DNA of 64,000 bases from Mantamonas sphyraenae STR306 (lineage: Eukaryota > Protista > CRuMs): NCBI GenBank assembly GCA_026936335.1, contig JAPMXV010000027.1, positions 124,001 through 188,000 of the forward strand, written 5' to 3'. Every line of letters starts with the position of its first letter. Positions within the stretch are counted from its first letter, which is position 1. This document shows positions 60,201 through 64,000 of this stretch, piece by piece. The position numbers and the translations under genes were made by a program. The notes beneath the pieces were generated by a model. That model saw only the letters and a program-made list of their open reading frames with translations, did not search any database and was not told the origin of the DNA.

Positions 60201-63200
60201 GCAGCATGAGCGGCGTGACGATTGTGGACGGAGCAGCATCGGGCACGAAGGATGTGCGCTTTGTGGCGACGCTGACAAACGCAAACGCGGCGCTGAACAA
60301 CATTGTGTACCGTGGAGACGCGGAGTACAATGGAGGAGACACGATCACGGTGACAGTGAACGACCAGGGCGCTAGTGGCACGGGCGGAGCACTGGGCGAC
60401 ACGCGCACGATTGGTGTGAGTGTGAGTGCGGTGAACGACGCGCCTGTGCTGACTGTGCCTGGTGGACAGAACGTGAACGAGGACGTTCAGTTGACGATCA
60501 CGGGTGTTTCGGTGACCGACGTCGACGTGGGTGCAGGGCTGCTGCAAGTCAACGTGAGTGTGGCTTCCGGTCGTGTGTGGTTGAAGTCCCTGGCCGGCCT
60601 TGGAGTGGAAGCAGGCAGTGGCAGCGGTGATGCCAGCCTGCGTGTGGTCGGCAACCTGACGTCTGTGAATGCGGCGCTGTCCGAAATGGTGTACCAGGGC
60701 AACCTGCACTTTGTGGGTGCCGACAGCGTTGCGATTGCAGTGAACGATCTGGGCAACACCGGGTCGGGTGGTGCTTTGGACGATGCACAGAGCATTGCGG
60801 TGACTGTGGCAGGTGTGAACGACGCGCCTGTGCTGAGTGTGCCGAGTGCGCAGAGCGGCATGGAGGACACGGACATTGCGCTCGGTGGCATCAGCGTGAG
60901 CGATGTGGACGTGGCTGCGAACGAACTTGTGGTTGATCTGCAGGTGAGCAGCGGTGTTCTGACGCTTGGCGGCACGACGACGGGCCTGACGTTTGTGACG
61001 GGCGGTCCGTCGCTGAACGCCGTGATGCGCTTCCGAGGCAGCCTGACGAACATCAACACGGCGATGAGCAGTGTGGTGTACCGTGGCAACACGCACTACA
61101 ACGGAGCGGACACGGTTCTGGTTACTGTGAACGACCAGGGAGCCGTGGGCATTGGTGGTGCTCTGAGCGATGCGGCCAATGTGTCTGTGACTGTGAACGC
61201 TGTGAACGACGCGCCTTCGGTCGCTGTGGGTGGAGCCCAGAATGTGGACGAAGACGAAGTCCTCGGTGTCACAGGGATCTCTGTGGCGGATGTGGATGTC
61301 GCTGGAACAAGCATGACGGTGAACGTAAGCGTGAGCCGTGGTGTGTTGACCCTGGGTTCGTCGACGGGACTTGTGTTTTCAAGTGGCGACGGAGCTGCTG
61401 ATGCGTCGATGGTGTTTTCAGGCACGCTGACGAGTGTGAACAGTGCGTTGGCGACGCTGCAGTACCAGGGCAACCTGGACTTCAACGGATTGGACAACGT
61501 GGTCGTTGGCGTTAGTGACAACGGAGGTACTGGAGCTGGTGGGGCTCTGTCAGCTTCCGCCAGCAAGCTTGTGGTTGTGAACGCGGTGAACGACAAGGTG
61601 AACATTACTGTGCTGGACACGCAGAGCGTGAACGAGGACACGGACCTGAGCATGTATGGCATCAGCATCTCTGATGTGGACATTGGAGGCGACACGATGC
61701 TTGTGAACGTGACGGTGACGGAGGGCCTTGTGAGCCTTGGCAGCACTGCAGGGTTGACGTTTACGCAGGGTGACGGTGCGGCGGACGCGGATGTGCGCTT
61801 CTCGGGCAACCTGACGGCAATCAACGCGGCGCTGAACGGCCTTGTGTATCGCGGTGCGCAGCACTGGAATGGTGCTGAGCTGCTGCGTGTGTGGGCGTCT
61901 GATCAGGGCTTCGGCAGTGCGAACGGCACGGTGACGGAGACGGAGAAGCTTCAGGTGATCAACGTGCTTGCTGTAAACGACGCGCCTGTGATCGGTGTGA
62001 CAAGCAGCAGCGTGGCGACGGCTGAGGATGTGAGCGTGAATGTGACTGGCCTGAGTGTGAGTGACGTTGACGTGATGGCATCTGCAGTGTCTGTGAATCT
62101 GACTGCGACCAGTGGTGTGATGACGCTCGGATCGACGAGTGGGCTCGCTTTCACGCTTGGCAGTGGCAACTCGAACAAGGAGATGCAGTTCTCGGGCACC
62201 TTGACTGCAGTGAACGCTGCGTTGGCATCTGGCGTGTCGTATGTGGGAGATGTGCATTTCAACGGGGCCGACAGCATTGTGATGACTGTGAGTGACCAGG
62301 GTGCAAGTGGATCTGGTGGAGAACAGACGGCAACGGCGACGATCGCTGTGAGCGTGAGCGCTGTGAATGACGGGCCTGTATTGAGTGTGCCCAGTGCACA
62401 GAACGCGGTGGAGGACACTGATCTGACGATCGGTGGCATTAGCGTGAGTGACGTGGATGTGGCGGGCAGCAACGTGCGTTTCAACGTGAGCGTTAGCAAC
62501 GGTCGCGTTTGGTTGGCAAGCACGACGGGCCTTGTGTTCGCAGAGGGCGACGGAGTGTCTGATGTGCGTGTGCGTGCAGAGGGCACGCTGACCGTGGTGA
62601 ACGCGGCACTTGCCAGCGTTGTCTACCACGGCGATGCCAACTTTGTCGGTGTGGATAGCCTGCTTGTCTCTGTGGATGACAATGGCAACACCGGAAGTGG
62701 TGGTGTTTTGTCTGCGTCGAATGTGGTGAGCATCGTGGTCGCGAGTGTTAACGATGGACCTGTGCTGAGCGTGCCTGGTGGTCAGAGCGCTGTGGAAGAC
62801 ACGACGCTGGTGATCAATGGTATCAGTGTGAGCGACACGGACGCAGGAACGGGACAGATGTACTTCAATGTGACGAGCGTGAACGGTGTTGTGACTTTTG
62901 GCACAACCACGGGTTTCACGTTTGTGGTTGGCGACGGAGTGTCAGACAGCCGTGTGGAGTTCACGGCATCGCAGCAGGCGTTCAACGCGTCGATGATTGC
63001 GAGTGGCCTGGCGTATCGTGGAAACACCCACTTTGAAGGAGCAGATGTGATCACGTTGACAGTGAATGATCAAGGCAACACGGGCGGATCGGCATTGAAC
63101 GACACGCGCACGATTGCTGTGAGTGTGAGTGCGGTGAACGACGCGCCTGTGCTGACTGTGCCCGGTGGACAGAACGTGAACGAGGAGACCGACCTGACGA

Positions 63201-64000
63201 TCGGTGGTATCAGCGTGGCAGATGTGGACGCAGCAGCCGGTGTGGTTGCCGTGAACGTGAGTGTGACGTCTGGTCAGATGTGGCTGGGCAGCACGAGTGG
63301 CCTTGTGTTTGGTGCTGGCAACGGCAGCAGCGACGCAACGGTGCGTTTCACGGGCACGTTGACCAACGTGAACGCAGCGCTGACGAACCTGGTGTATCGT
63401 GGCAACGTGAACTTCCAGGGCACGGACAGCGTGGTGTTGAGTGTGAACGATCTGGGCAACACGGGCGCGGGTGGAGCGCTGGGTGACAGTGCCGTGATTG
63501 TGGTGACTGTGGCCGAAGTGAACGACGCGCCTGTGCTGACGGCACCGGCCACTGTGAGTGTGAACGAAGACACGAGCAGTGCCATTGGCGGTCTGAGCGT
63601 GGTCGATGGCGACGTTGGCAGCGCGCGCATGCAACTGCGTCTGAGTGTGTCACAGGGTGTGTTGAGCCTGGGTAGCACAAGCGGACTGTTGTTTGCTGTT
63701 GGTGACGGCGTGTCTGACAGCACGATTGAGTGCAACGGCACGGTGACGGATGTGAACGCGGCTTTGGGCAGCGTGACGTACGTGGCAAACAGCAACTACA
63801 ACGGAGCGGATACGCTGGCTGTGTTTGTGGACGACCTCGGCAACAGTGGTCTGGGAGGAGCACTGAACGACACGGCGAACGTGGCGATCACAGTTGTGGC
63901 TGTGAACGACGGCCCTGTGCTGAGTGTTGTGTCTGCACAGAGTGTTGCTGAGGACGTGGATCTGACGATCAACGGCATCAGCGTGACGGACGTGGACGTT
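30242..64000 (+). CDS. Giant secreted/surface protein (>~10,900 aa, runs off window): SP-LamG-EGF-unknown-2xPSI-EGF array-~78 cadherin/Ig-like repeats
   Basis: Exons 30242-30344, 30442-30859, 31007-31110, 31225-31308, 31403-31450, 31632-31775, 31867-31989 and 32108->64000 join in phase. Five single-base shifts (~44575, 45855, 46170, 50974, 54368) split the track ORFs. No stop is seen from 54370 to the end. Confidence 0.9.
30442..31775 (+). other. Laminin-G / concanavalin-A-like domain of giant protein
   Basis: FTDQSGYGNHA, PAIQFDGDKDCL, ETWVNG and FFGGHIAEFLYFNNEALSDADM..FLQAKYG. Confidence 0.8.
32830..34200 (+). other. Cys-rich region: two PSI domains and ~8-9 EGF-like repeats
   Basis: CGQYSFCGDCTADPLCGWC, CGDCVKRAGCGWCHDTGKC, CNGHGECNPSTLECTCDKGWVG and CSSHGQCLEDATCFCDFGYVGSTC. 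Confidence 0.88.
34210..64000 (+). repeat. Array of cadherin-like repeats: 4 short (~95-100 aa) then ~74 of ~128 aa (~384 bp)
   Basis: Recurring VNDAPVL...V.EDTDL.I.GISVSDVD...VNVSV..G.L.L..TTGLTF..GDG..D....F.GTLT..NAAL...VYRG...YNG.DTL...V.D.GNTG.GG. Confidence 0.95.
47714..64000 (+). repeat. Higher-order (7- and 14-domain) super-repeats with near-identical DNA blocks
   Basis: Block starting NDRPAITPVGG at about 48098, 53499, 56207 and 58895. The identical antisense ORFs are offset by 2688 bp (7x384; 56101 vs 58789) and 5391 bp (57883 vs 63274). Confidence 0.93.

Noticed and set aside
33250-63978. Many long minus-strand ORFs (up to 945 aa) over the giant gene
   Set aside because: Result of codon bias on the sense strand; His/Arg- or Thr/Ser/Pro-rich with no domain signal.
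34210-64000. Bacterial contaminant contig or CRISPR/satellite array
   Set aside because: Repeats are coding and in frame with PSI/EGF modules and spliced exons; no repeat-spacer structure.
48000-64000. Many GTGAGT donor-like motifs suggesting alternative splicing of repeats
   Set aside because: Explained by Val-Ser codons (GTG AGT); no matching branch/acceptor pattern identified and no transcript data.

Overview
Gene-dense, GC-rich eukaryotic (protist-like) nuclear DNA with short GT-AG spliceosomal introns and very short intergenic gaps. The first ~30 kb holds about 19 genes: APC amino-acid permease (5'-truncated), small membrane protein, micro-exon TALE homeobox gene with a PBX-type WFGN helix, F-box polytopic membrane protein, TBL2-like WD40, KH-like tandem-repeat protein, cytochrome P450, SET+ankyrin protein, SAP/HeH+TM protein, secreted G1-peptidase-like protein, Msp1/ATAD1-type AAA ATPase, TAF7, nuclear CcmE (System I cytochrome c maturation), S28 peptidase, JmjC protein, arrestin+LSD1 zinc-finger protein, cytochrome b5 and cytochrome c1. 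The remaining ~34 kb (30242 to past the window end) is one giant secreted-protein gene of at least ~10,900 codons. Its order is signal peptide, LamG, EGF, an unnamed domain, 2 PSI, an EGF array, then about 78 bacterial-adhesin-type cadherin/Ig-like repeats in a single exon of >31 kb. The distal repeats form 7- and 14-domain super-repeats. Eight single-base frameshifts, mostly in homopolymers, look like assembly errors. No rRNA, tRNA, CRISPR or transposon was recognised. Family assignments come from motif recognition by eye, not database searches.
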